Shown: in pieces, positions 20,562-29,984 of the stretch
Layout of the letters: each line of letters opens with the position of its first letter
How positions within the stretch are numbered: position 1 is the stretch's first letter
Origin: a virus
Length of the DNA: 64,000 nucleotides
Reading direction: 5' to 3' (one strand)
IMG/VR virus record: IMGVR_UViG_3300010430_000017
Span: 18,545-82,544 of that record
Made by a program: the position numbers and the translations under genes
Notes under the pieces: generated by a model
What the model was told of the DNA's origin: nothing
The model's input: the letters and a program-made list of their open reading frames with translations, nothing else
Databases searched by the model: none

Positions 20562-21065
20562 GGACATACTATGAAAAATCACTACATGTTTATCTGCAAA
20601 GGCACAAAACAAAAACAACCAGGAAAGAAATTTGACAATCTCAACAATATAAAACAACATCAAAAAAGAATCATTGAGAGTAATAGGTACAGAAATGGAA
20701 GATAAACTATCCGAAAGAATTGTTGAACTATCTAAGCAACGAAGGCTTGCAAGAAAGAAACTTCAAACAACTAAAACTATAGAGATATCCGGGCAGATTA
20801 AAGAATGTAAGATAATGTTAAATTTCTTGTTGACAGACAAACATTATCTTGATATGTAATAACTATGAATAATACTAATAAAAAAGGGGAGTGCAATGAT
20901 TGAAAATTTCACAGATATGGTAGGAAAAACAATTAAATCAGTTGACGAGTCTTCACAAAATTGTGTGGTAATTACATTCACCGACGATACAAAAGTGTCT
21001 GTTTATGCTGAAAGTCACTCGTCGCCTTATAGTTTTCCATACTTTGAGTTCGAAACAGAAGACTA

Positions 21066-21323
21066 ATGAGCAAACTTACCGCATACGACCACGAAAGCAT
21101 ATTGTTGCATTTCTCGGGGAGATTATACCAAAGATATAATATCTTTAAGAATGCCAGAATACTACAACAGGATTTCAAGCGTCTGGTCAGTAGTGGTGAG
21201 GCTGTTAAGATGTGGGATTATGATAAGACAAAGGCGGCTTATGTTACACGGTATGAACAAGCTAAGGTGCTGTTTGTGTGGTCCCATGAACATAAGATGG
21301 CTAAAACAGCACTAACTTTGTAA
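21066..21323 (+). CDS. hypothetical protein
   Basis: HF..R..QRY ORF. Confidence 0.55.
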   Translation: MSKLTAYDHESILLHFSGRLYQRYNIFKNARILQQDFKRLVSSGEAVKMWDYDKTKAAYVTRYEQAKVLFVWSHEHKMAKTALTL

Positions 21324-21330
21324 CTTTCTA

Positions 21331-21349
21331 AATGATAATGATTATCATT
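21331..21349. promoter_or_regulatory. Fur-box-like operator
   Basis: AATGATAAT-G-ATTATCATT, a perfect 9-1-9 palindrome containing TGATAATnATTATCA. Confidence 0.7.
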
Positions 21350-21350
21350 A

Positions 21351-22003
21351 TGACAGGAATAGGCAAGTTTTTGGTTTTGGTTGATAATAAAACATAAGAT
21401 TATTCTGCATAATACCTGCTATTAGCTTAGGCTTTAAAAATAGTGCTTTAAATTGACGTTTAGGTAAGGGTTGATACGATGGTATAGACCAATGTCTAAA
21501 ACGCTCTTAAAAAGGCAATTTATACGCACTGAGCTAATACTTTTGCAATAGAATAATCCTTAGTTGATCTCCAGGATTACACAAAACTCATTGGCATCTA
21601 TTTTGCAGAATGATTTGCAAAAGAAAAAACAAAGAAAAGAAAAAGAAAAAAAGAAAAGAACCAAAAGAAAAAAAGAAAAAGAAAAGAAAATAAAAAGAAA
21701 ATATTTATAGGGTATAAAAGAACATTATTCGCTTCGCTCATTGTAGCCTTTCACTGCGTTAGCTTTTCTTTTATTCTTTTTACAACACTAAACCTTCCTA
21801 TCTCTTGGCTGATTATGGGTTGTTTAAGGCTTAAGTTATTAAAATCTTTGTCTTTTGGACAAGTATTAAGACTTTTAGTAGTTACTTTTAAGTCTTGTGC
21901 AGTTAAAGCATTGTTGTGGGCAAAGAATGTAAATTCTGACAAGTGTATCTGGTGTTCTTTTGTATAGAAACAAATAGGTAATTTGACAGGAATAGGCAAG
22001 TTT
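21351..22003. repeat. 20-bp direct repeat bracketing a non-coding block with a purine tract
   Basis: TGACAGGAATAGGCAAGTTT at 21351 and 21984; (A)nG tract at 21619-21701. Confidence 0.8.
21592..21607 (+). promoter_or_regulatory. sigma54-type -24/-12 site
   Basis: TGGCATCTATTTTGCA. Confidence 0.6.
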
Positions 22004-22511
22004 CTACAATAGTCGAAATAACATTATTAACTTAAAATAATCGTTGACTTAGTTTCTGGTATGAGATAAGAAATATCTTAAATAAATAAAGGAGAAAACA
22101 AATGCTTATACTTTGGATTATTACAGGTTGTTTTATTGGGTTTATGGGTGTAGAGGTTATAGCTTCAATTACTAAAACTCAATGGCCAGTTTTATTAAAT
22201 TTAATGGCGTCTTTTGTTGGAGGGTTTTTAGCTTACAATTGGGCTATCGGGGTTTTCTAATGAAGTACATAACGTTTAACATAATCGGATTTTTACTGGT
22301 TTTATTATTAGCTGAAATTGATGGTAGTTCAATGAGAGAAAAAGAAATCTATGTGCCGCCTGTATTATCAATAGCTATTGACAAAACAAACATACCTATT
22401 CATTGTCTGGGGATTCAATCCGATACAAGAAAGAAATTTAGTACAAAAACATTGACAAGGAATGGTCGTAGGGTTTATAATAATTGTAAGTATTAATATA
22501 AAGGATATAAT

Positions 22512-22817
22512 ATGAAAGTATTAGTGATTTTCGATCTAATCCCAGAAGAAACAAAAAAGGCTATCGTGGATATGACTCAAGAGGAATATGATTACTTCAA
22601 ACAAGGTGACGGCTGTATCATCGGCACGATGGGGAATACAGATGAACAAGAGGTAATTGTGAATGTGATAAATAATGCTTTTTGTGAGGATGAAAAATGC
22701 AAAGAATATTGCGAAAATGACCAAGAGCTTAAGTATTTCGGTAAATTCGAACATCAAGAGAATACTTCGGATCTACGTGGTGTTGATTATATGATTTATT
22801 GCGGGTGCTTTCTTTAA
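22512..22817 (+). CDS. hypothetical protein
   Basis: ORF after promoter TTGACA(22452)..TATAAT. Confidence 0.65.
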   Translation: MKVLVIFDLIPEETKKAIVDMTQEEYDYFKQGDGCIIGTMGNTDEQEVIVNVINNAFCEDEKCKEYCENDQELKYFGKFEHQENTSDLRGVDYMIYCGCFL

Positions 22818-22859
22818 GCTGAGGGGATGTAAAGCGATAAAATAAAAAAGGGGAATCAG

Positions 22860-23510
22860 ATGAAGACTTTTGAATATGATGGTAAACAGTTTGAAGCGGT
22901 AATAATGAATGATCCTGGTACTTGTAGGTCATGCTCTTTCAGAGAAATGGATAGTTGCCCAAGAGACTTAACGAATTATTGTGACGATCATCCTATTGTA
23001 TTCCATGAGATCAAGAAAAAAGAATTTGATGCAGTTAAGGTTGAAGAAAACAAAGAAAGTTTTGTAGTAAAACATAACAACAAAGAATACGAATTCAGGG
23101 CTTTTACTTTGATTGATCTATATAAAAAGAAATTTCATAGAAGAGAATTTATCAAGCTAATGGAAAGAATGGAGGAAATTAACTTTGGTCCGGGAGAAGA
23201 AGTTATCTCAGAAACTGAATTTCTGCACCTTCGTGTTTTGTCAAAAAATATTAGTTGGCTTATTGATAATGGCTTCGGGAAACAAATTGTCAAAGAAACG
23301 ATGTTGGAACCGGGGATGGTGCTTGTGAGTGATAAACCGGAGAAAGAGGAACTTGTGTATATTAATAAGGATAAACTTATAATGGGTAAGGGCTGGATTC
23401 TTAATCGGTCCTGGTACGATAAAGGGCAGGCAAAACTTTACCCATGTAGGACACTTGAGAAATTAAATAAGTATTCTTTGTTTACATGGAAAATTAAACC
23501 CACTGACTAA
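22860..23510 (+). CDS. hypothetical protein
   Basis: 216-aa ORF with an N-terminal CxxC.F...C module. Confidence 0.65.
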   Translation: MKTFEYDGKQFEAVIMNDPGTCRSCSFREMDSCPRDLTNYCDDHPIVFHEIKKKEFDAVKVEENKESFVVKHNNKEYEFRAFTLIDLYKKKFHRREFIKLMERMEEINFGPGEEVISETEFLHLRVLSKNISWLIDNGFGKQIVKETMLEPGMVLVSDKPEKEELVYINKDKLIMGKGWILNRSWYDKGQAKLYPCRTLEKLNKYSLFTWKIKPTD

Positions 23511-23529
23511 GTAAACTTATTTACTGTTT

Positions 23530-23571
23530 AAATCCCAGTATGTTATTTCTGATAGTAACATACTGGGATTT
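23530..23571 (+). terminator. intrinsic terminator
   Basis: AAATCCCAGTATGTTA/TAACATACTGGGATTT 16-bp stem with T-rich tail. Confidence 0.8.
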
Positions 23572-23750
23572 ATTATTTGTGCTTTAAAAGCACAGTATTT
23601 CTTTACTGAGGCACTACTAAACGGTAGTTTATGAAGTATCTGAATAGCAATTACTTGTAATTGAATGTGAAAATATACCAGGGAATATAATATACAATGA
23701 TCTTCGGATACTGTGGTATTAGCGGGTTTGATGGGGGTATATATTGTGTG

Positions 23751-23766
23751 ATACTATATATTGTGG
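23751..23766. promoter_or_regulatory. NrdR-box-like site
   Basis: ATACTATATATTGTGG matches 14/16 of acaCwAtATaTwGtgt; a partial copy lies 17 bp upstream. Confidence 0.45.
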
Positions 23767-23847
23767 TTTGTTTTTATTAAGCTATTAATTTTTTATTTAA
23801 TTTGTATTTGTTTTTTATGAAACTGTTTGTTTGTTTTAAGCCCTCAA

Positions 23848-23961
23848 TGCAATCTCCGTGCCACTAAGTTGATATATCAGTAATATACTTAAGATATATC
23901 AAAAGAATACTATAGATATATCACTGGTATACCAAAGAAATACCATGCAATAATCCTACCA
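23848..23961 (-). promoter_or_regulatory. two sigma54-type sites flanking phased GATATATC palindromes
   Basis: Minus strand TGGCACGGAGATTGCA (23863-23848) and TGGTAGGATTATTGCA (23961-23946); GATATATC at 23871, 23893 and 23915. Confidence 0.65.
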
Positions 23962-24000
23962 ATTAATCCCACAACAAAATAAATAAAAATACAAAATAAC

Positions 24001-24516
24001 CATTGACAAGTATAATTTTGTTTGATATATAGGATCTATGATAAACAATAAATCAAATATCAATCAGGAGGACACTATGTCAAAAGATTATGCTCTTATA
24101 AATTCAATGCCGGATTCGTCTTATGATTATTCCGCTGGATACTGCCATAGAATGGTATCTTACTTTAAACTGAATCACCCCAATATGGTAAACAGTATTA
24201 AAGCCTGGGAAGATGAAGCAATAGTTAGAGCAGAACAACGGGAGAGTATCTGGGGGGAGGATCTTTCCGAGACTGAAACTACCGAAGAAACCACAACGGA
24301 TCAAACAAGTACTGAATACCCCAACCTTGATAACTCCATCCCTGAAGACAGCACACCGGTTGAGATACTCACAGGACCCTTTACAGGAATAACAGCGTAC
24401 ACAAGAGATAATAGGCTGTTTGGTATGGTGTTTGGTCTTGCCCTTGAGATTAATCCTACAACAAAACAATATTAATTAAAATAATCATTGACAAGTATAA
24501 TTTTGTTTGATATATA
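24001..24516 (+). repeat. duplicated 31-bp sigma70 promoter
   Basis: CATTGACAAGTATAATTTTGTTTGATATATA is identical at 24001 and 24486. Confidence 0.85.
24077..24475 (+). CDS. hypothetical protein with Thr/Glu-rich linker
   Basis: ATG after AGGAGG, downstream of the first copy of the duplicated promoter. Confidence 0.7.
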   Translation: MSKDYALINSMPDSSYDYSAGYCHRMVSYFKLNHPNMVNSIKAWEDEAIVRAEQRESIWGEDLSETETTEETTTDQTSTEYPNLDNSIPEDSTPVEILTGPFTGITAYTRDNRLFGMVFGLALEINPTTKQY

Positions 24517-24790
24517 TGATCCATCAAACAAAAACTAAGGAGCTAACGACATGAGACATTTAATCACCGCCAGCATTATAGAACTAACAATCATGGGTTT
24601 ACTGGTAATGGATATGAACAATCACGGTATCGTCTCCCAGTTGTTGTTTGCAGCAATCAAGACTTACATCAACCCCGAATTGACCTGGAGTTAATAATGA
24701 AAAGACTAATCAACATATACATCATTGCACCGATTGTAGCTAATACAATCATAATATTGATAATTAATAGCTTATAGGAAAGGAATTGAG

Positions 24791-25093
24791 ATGAGAAATA
24801 CAATCAAGAATAAAACAGAGTTAAGATACACAATCAAGAACGCCATAGGCAACACAGATAGTCTTGACTACGTAGAATTTTATCAGGACTGGACATGGGA
24901 TATCATGGGATGCAATACCTGGACTACTAACGATGTATGCTATAGGTGTCAGCTGTCCGAGCTTGCATGGGCAATGGATTGGGAAAGCTCAGTGGATGAG
25001 ACTATAACAGAGAAATTCCGTGATTTAGAATCACATATTATTTCTTGGAACCAAGCTACCAAGGAACACCGGCGGGAGCTTTGTCCTTGGTAA
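24791..25093 (+). CDS. hypothetical protein
   Basis: ORF with AAGGA RBS. Confidence 0.6.
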   Translation: MRNTIKNKTELRYTIKNAIGNTDSLDYVEFYQDWTWDIMGCNTWTTNDVCYRCQLSELAWAMDWESSVDETITEKFRDLESHIISWNQATKEHRRELCPW

Positions 25094-25107
25094 TATAACC
25101 AACAATT

Positions 25108-25138
25108 AAACCCCTGGAGTTAATTCCCCAGGGGTTTT
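25108..25138. terminator. terminator at the convergence of the two transcription arms
   Basis: AAACCCCTGG/CCAGGGGTTT stem with flanking A and T runs. Confidence 0.8.
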
Positions 25139-25177
25139 GTTTGTCTTGTATGATAACAATGTTCACAAGAATTAACT

Positions 25178-25260
25178 TGCAATTCTTATGCCAGTAACAA
25201 TGTTAATATTATTTATCAAGATATTTTCGATTTACCATCGTTCTTGGTATGGTTATTGCT
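25178..25260. promoter_or_regulatory. divergent pair of sigma54-type sites
   Basis: Minus strand TGGCATAAGAATTGCA (25193-25178); plus strand TGGTATGGTTATTGCT (25245-25260). Confidence 0.6.
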
Positions 25261-25368
25261 TGTGTGTTAAACACCTAACTCTCTATTTTTATTATATATC
25301 CTAATTCTCTCTATGAAGTCTTTTATATCTTTGGTATTTTACTAATAAATAGTTCTCTTTTGCATAAT

Positions 25369-26355
25369 TTACATTGTCTCTCCATTCCTCCATAGCCGTA
25401 GAGACTCTTGTATTCTCTTGCTGTTTTTATGTCTCTTATTTAAGAACGCCTCAAAACTCAACTTCTTAAACAAATGAACTTGGTTACACCAAGAAGCAAG
25501 ATCAACATAAAACTCATGATACCGAGCACCCCAGCAACTAATATCTCTCATTACATAAGGAAGACACTTCCTCCCCCTGAGATATTTTATTCTATATATA
25601 GTTTCCCTGAGTTCCATTACAGGGTGAACATACACAAAGAATTTTAGCTTCCAATCATTAACCCATTGAAGCAATGGGAGTTTTTCGTCTAAATATTTCT
25701 TGTACTTAATATCATCAAAAGCAAAGACGTACTCTTTCCAATAATTAAGCTTCCTCAAAGCCTTTGAGTTTTCTTTATTAACTAACCTAATATCAAGACC
25801 TTGGTTGAATTGGCATTTAACCCCTATCTCCGCTATCTTATTCAGTTCCCAAAGATGCCTTTTGTACCCAAGAATATTATTATCCATGAACTTCACTTTA
25901 TCATGCTGAATAATATCCTCTACTTCAGATACTTTATGAATCCTCCCTTCTTTCTTGGGGACTTTACAAAACCAACAACTCCTTACGCATCCCCTTGTAA
26001 TAAAACCATAAGAAGTATCATTATAAGGGTAAATAGAGTAATCAGGTTTACATCTTTCTACCTCCTCCCCTAATGTAGTCGTTAGATCTACGCCAGTACC
26101 TCCGAAAAAGATACCATCTCCGTGGATATGTTGGATATTATTTTCAAAGATAACACTACAAAATACTTCATTGTATTTTTCTGTGGCTATCTGATAGTCC
26201 TTTTTATTTCTATTAGGAAAATAGGGGAGATGTAGCTGTTGTATTCTAACTTCGTGACCTTTTTCTTTGTAATAAGTACTTAACTTCATAAGAGCGAGAT
26301 TTGGAATTGTACTGTCAGCATCAATCAAAAGAACCTTCTTGGAATCAGTATTCAT
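25369..26355 (-). CDS. radical SAM protein (phage PNLALMKLS family)
   Basis: LIDADS.IPNLALMKLS, GGTG, TRGCVRSCWFC (CxxxCxxC), DNN, FNQGLDIR. Confidence 0.85.
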   Translation of the reverse strand: MNTDSKKVLLIDADSTIPNLALMKLSTYYKEKGHEVRIQQLHLPYFPNRNKKDYQIATEKYNEVFCSVIFENNIQHIHGDGIFFGGTGVDLTTTLGEEVERCKPDYSIYPYNDTSYGFITRGCVRSCWFCKVPKKEGRIHKVSEVEDIIQHDKVKFMDNNILGYKRHLWELNKIAEIGVKCQFNQGLDIRLVNKENSKALRKLNYWKEYVFAFDDIKYKKYLDEKLPLLQWVNDWKLKFFVYVHPVMELRETIYRIKYLRGRKCLPYVMRDISCWGARYHEFYVDLASWCNQVHLFKKLSFEAFLNKRHKNSKRIQESLRLWRNGETM

Positions 26356-26778
26356 TTTATTTGCCTCCTTATTTTAAAAGATTTTCCCTGTATTCCTCAG
26401 TATTATCCATTAAATAACCTTCCAAGTAATCAAAGCAAGGTAGTATAAGGTAATACAATCAATTGTTGTGATATTCTGGTCTTTGAAGTAATAAGCATAG
26501 CATAATACAACACACGAGGTCAATGAGATAATTAAGTGCTCGTACCATTTCATATTAATATTCTCCTGTAGTCCTATAGTTATCAACTAACATAACCCCG
26601 GGGTTTATACCAATCATGATTACACTTTTTAATCTCTTCTTCTTCTTTTTTAATCGCTTCTTGATATTCCAAATAAAGATCCTGTTGCAGATTATTAATT
26701 TTTTCTTTATTGTCAGTACTAAATTTCTTAAATATCTTCATTATTATCCTTCAGTTTGATTACCTTTGGTAAGGCTTA

Positions 26779-27426
26779 CTATCTCTGATAGGGCCTGACA
26801 TGCCAGAGTCCACAAGAAGTTATAGCACAATTAATAATCTCTGGCCTTTGTTCCTCTTTACACATCTTACAATATCTCTTTATAGCATTTTTGTATATCT
26901 TTTGTATTGTTCTCGATTCTACACCTGCATGACAATGTTTACAAAGGGTTATTAAATTCCCTTCTTCGTCTTCACCTCCATACCTCCAAGGAAGAATATG
27001 ATGCACATGTAAAGGTGTTTCTTTTGAGCCACATTTCTTACATCTATGATTATCTCTTGCTAAAATAATATCTCTTAACTTATACCACTTTGCTGTTGTT
27101 AATCTGGATCTATGTTTAGGTGTTAAACCGCCTCTCCAGCTGGGACTATTTTCTCCTGTCCTTGGGTTTGTTTTTTGAGACGCTTTTTGTGCTTCGCTTA
27201 CCATTTTTCTACCTTCTTCAGATGTTGTCCAGCACTCACAGGAACAGTACCTATGAGTTTCTATTTTATATGGGGTTACATAAAACTTTTTACCACAAGT
27301 AAGACATTTTTTATATGCACCTCTTCTTACTGAAGTATTTGAAAGTTTTCTATTATAATAACAACTTCGTGAACAATACTTCTTACCTTCTTTTACTTCA
27401 TTACCACAAACCAGGCATACACTCAT
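26779..27426 (-). CDS. HNH endonuclease with N-terminal CxxC..YCS zinc repeats
   Basis: RDNHRCKKCG, LHVHHI.P...NLITLCKHCH. Confidence 0.85.
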   Translation of the reverse strand: MSVCLVCGNEVKEGKKYCSRSCYYNRKLSNTSVRRGAYKKCLTCGKKFYVTPYKIETHRYCSCECWTTSEEGRKMVSEAQKASQKTNPRTGENSPSWRGGLTPKHRSRLTTAKWYKLRDIILARDNHRCKKCGSKETPLHVHHILPWRYGGEDEEGNLITLCKHCHAGVESRTIQKIYKNAIKRYCKMCKEEQRPEIINCAITSCGLWHVRPYQR

Positions 27427-27592
27427 AATTTCCCTTTCTAACGTACGTTTACATTCTCTCAGTAAGGCTATATACCCAAAACCATAAAAAGCTCTCTAAG
27501 AGGCTAAAAACAACCTTAGAATTGATTTCTGAATAACAATCAGATCAATATCTTCTTAACATCATTCTTTTATGCTCAATATACACCATGAG

Positions 27593-27916
27593 CTATTTCT
27601 TGTCAAGACTATCCTTCTCCATACTCATAAAAGTCCCATCCGAGAAATCTCTATCATCAATACTGAATATTTCTTCTTTACCACAAATAGTACATACTTT
27701 TTGTATATCATATTCGTTCCAAATCTCATCCTCGTACCCTCTTGTAGCAGGACAGGAGTAACATATTTCATCATCCCTTGTTACTCTTAAATTTTGGTTT
27801 CTCCCGATAACTGCATACCTGTATTTATGCTCACAATGGGAGTCCTCACAAGCCCCGCATTCTTCCTTTGTACTCCAAGTATCCAAACACACTTCGCATT
27901 CGTAGTAAGTTTTCAT
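27593..27916 (-). CDS. Cys-rich hypothetical protein
   Basis: Y.CEVC...C..CE.SHC.H...C.ICG. Confidence 0.6.
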   Translation of the reverse strand: MKTYYECEVCLDTWSTKEECGACEDSHCEHKYRYAVIGRNQNLRVTRDDEICYSCPATRGYEDEIWNEYDIQKVCTICGKEEIFSIDDRDFSDGTFMSMEKDSLDKK

Positions 27917-28456
27917 CTAATAGCTCCTTTGTATTCTTTTCTTGTAATACTGTCATATTTTCTTCCACAAGCAGGACAACACATATCCTTGGGCCTTCCT
28001 CTTCCTGTTTGAACTAACTCAGGAGCAAAAATACTCGCAGGAGAGAAGCACTTACCGCAATATAATTTATTATTTCTAAGTATAGCTTTAGTCACTTTTC
28101 AACTCCTTATAGTTAATAATTACAACTGTGTCATAGTTACTTTGTCTTTTAATATCCTCAGCCATTCCTACTATCTGTGTATACGTTTCTAATTTTTTAT
28201 CAGAGGTATACTCGCACATCCCGGTCCCAGAATGTGACGGCGACCAATATCCGTAAGAGATAAAGTATTTATATTCTTTAGTCATTCTTAAGCTCCTTCC
28301 TTGAGTACATATTAAATACCCTGTTGCATCCTCTGCACATGAGGTAATCTTCACCAACCCATGATTTAGTTAATACCACATTAGTGTTAGAGATGTTAGA
28401 GCGACAGAAAGGGCATCTAAGCTTCCCTCCCTTGTCTGTAAGTGCTTTTTTCTTTT

Positions 28457-29239
28457 TCACTTACTTCTCCTCTTTACGGGTATTTCCAAAGCATCCTTTA
28501 TCTCCCACCCTTTTCTAAGCCTTTCTTTCAGTGTTGTGTATTTGATGCCCTTTTTTCTTGCCCACGCAGCCATAGACATAGACTCTCCTTCAAAACGGAT
28601 TATTTTACAATTCCTCTTATTTTGAGCTTGTTCGACAGGAGAACTCCATTTAACATTCCAAGGGCCATATGGCCCATTATTATCTATCCTATCTATGGAA
28701 TACTTTCTATTAGGTCTATGACCCACATCCTTCAAAAAATTTTCAAATGAATTCCTCCATCTTCTGCATACATAAATACCTCTTCCTCCATAATGATGAT
28801 AATGTTTATGTTTGAAGAAGTAACACCTCTGTTTCATAGACAACCAAATGGTATACTCCTCTGTTTTTGTTTTTCCGTGTGTGGTCTGTATTCCGCTTAT
28901 GTATTCTTTAAAACATAATTTGCACATAGGGATAATAGATCCTCGTAGACTTTTAATACTTTTAACAACATAATCTCCGCAATCGCACTTGCATAACCAT
29001 TCAGTATCCCAAGTAGTTTTTACACCCATAGCGAAGATCGGAAGGAGCTTCCCAAACCTTTTTAACAATATATTTTGTGTTCCCTTATTGTTTACTGGCC
29101 TTTCGAAAGCATCTTCTATTTCCCACCCAATACGTATTCTTTGCCTTAAGGTAGAGAGATTAATACCTAAAGACCTTGACCATTCTTTTAAACTCTGTGT
29201 TTTTCCGTTGTACGTTATATATTTAGTTGGCAGCCCCAT
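28457..29239 (-). CDS. HNH-type homing endonuclease (same family as 2373..3191)
   Basis: CKCDCG, MKQRC..YGGRGI.VC, SIDRIDNNGPY.P.N..W; RL.KGW repeats at both ends. Confidence 0.85.
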   Translation of the reverse strand: MGLPTKYITYNGKTQSLKEWSRSLGINLSTLRQRIRIGWEIEDAFERPVNNKGTQNILLKRFGKLLPIFAMGVKTTWDTEWLCKCDCGDYVVKSIKSLRGSIIPMCKLCFKEYISGIQTTHGKTKTEEYTIWLSMKQRCYFFKHKHYHHYGGRGIYVCRRWRNSFENFLKDVGHRPNRKYSIDRIDNNGPYGPWNVKWSSPVEQAQNKRNCKIIRFEGESMSMAAWARKKGIKYTTLKERLRKGWEIKDALEIPVKRRSK

Positions 29240-29248
29240 ACTTTATAT

Positions 29249-29443
29249 TTAACCTTTCTCCTTATCTCCTAAAAGGCTCACAAAATCACAAAGATTCCCA
29301 AACACTTTGTCTGATTTGTGGTACAATTCTTTATCATTGTAAACAACAGGATATTCCATAACTCTATCATAGAATAATTCCTGAATCAAGTCCATTCTGT
29401 CGAATATTTCATGTCAATGGTATTTATCTGTCTTTTGATTCAT
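29249..29443 (-). CDS. hypothetical protein with in-frame TGA at codon 10 (readthrough or pseudogene)
   Basis: GAGGAG RBS, then MNQKTDKYH*HEIFDRMDLIQELFYDRVMEYPVV...KEKG-TAA; not in the ORF track. Confidence 0.55.
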
Positions 29444-29984
29444 TCTTCGACTCCTCACAAGATTCCAACCTAAAGATCTCGTTCCCCGTGTCAGGCCCAC
29501 AATCAAGGCAAGGGCAAACATCTTCATTCTCGAAGAAACATCCCTGGCACCCACCAAAACCCTCCACAAGCTCTACTTCAACTATGAATTTTTTCATGTT
29601 AACCTATTTAAACATTCTCTCTTAACCTTATCAATAAAATCAAGTAGAGACAACCTACCAACAGTGCACTCAGTACCTCCACATTTATAACTCTGATAGT
29701 ACTCATCCGATAACATGTAACAATATGTGTGCGCAACAAATATCTGTTCTTTGGTTTCACAACTCTTAAATACTCTTTGTATTTTTTCCAATACTTGACT
29801 ATAAGTCATCAAAATTTACTCCATGTCCAAAGTTTAATCCTAAGAATTCCTTTTCTCAATATCTCAAATAACACAATAACACAAGCACCGAAGAAAAGAA
29901 ACAAAATATTTATAAACATGAAAAATAGCATGATGATGTTGTGAATATATTTTTCTATTGTATTAAGAATGTTCTGTAGTTTAG

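Noticed and set aside
23523-23540. LexA (SOS) box
   Set aside because: CTG-N9-CAG is one base short of CTG-N10-CAG and overlaps a terminator stem.
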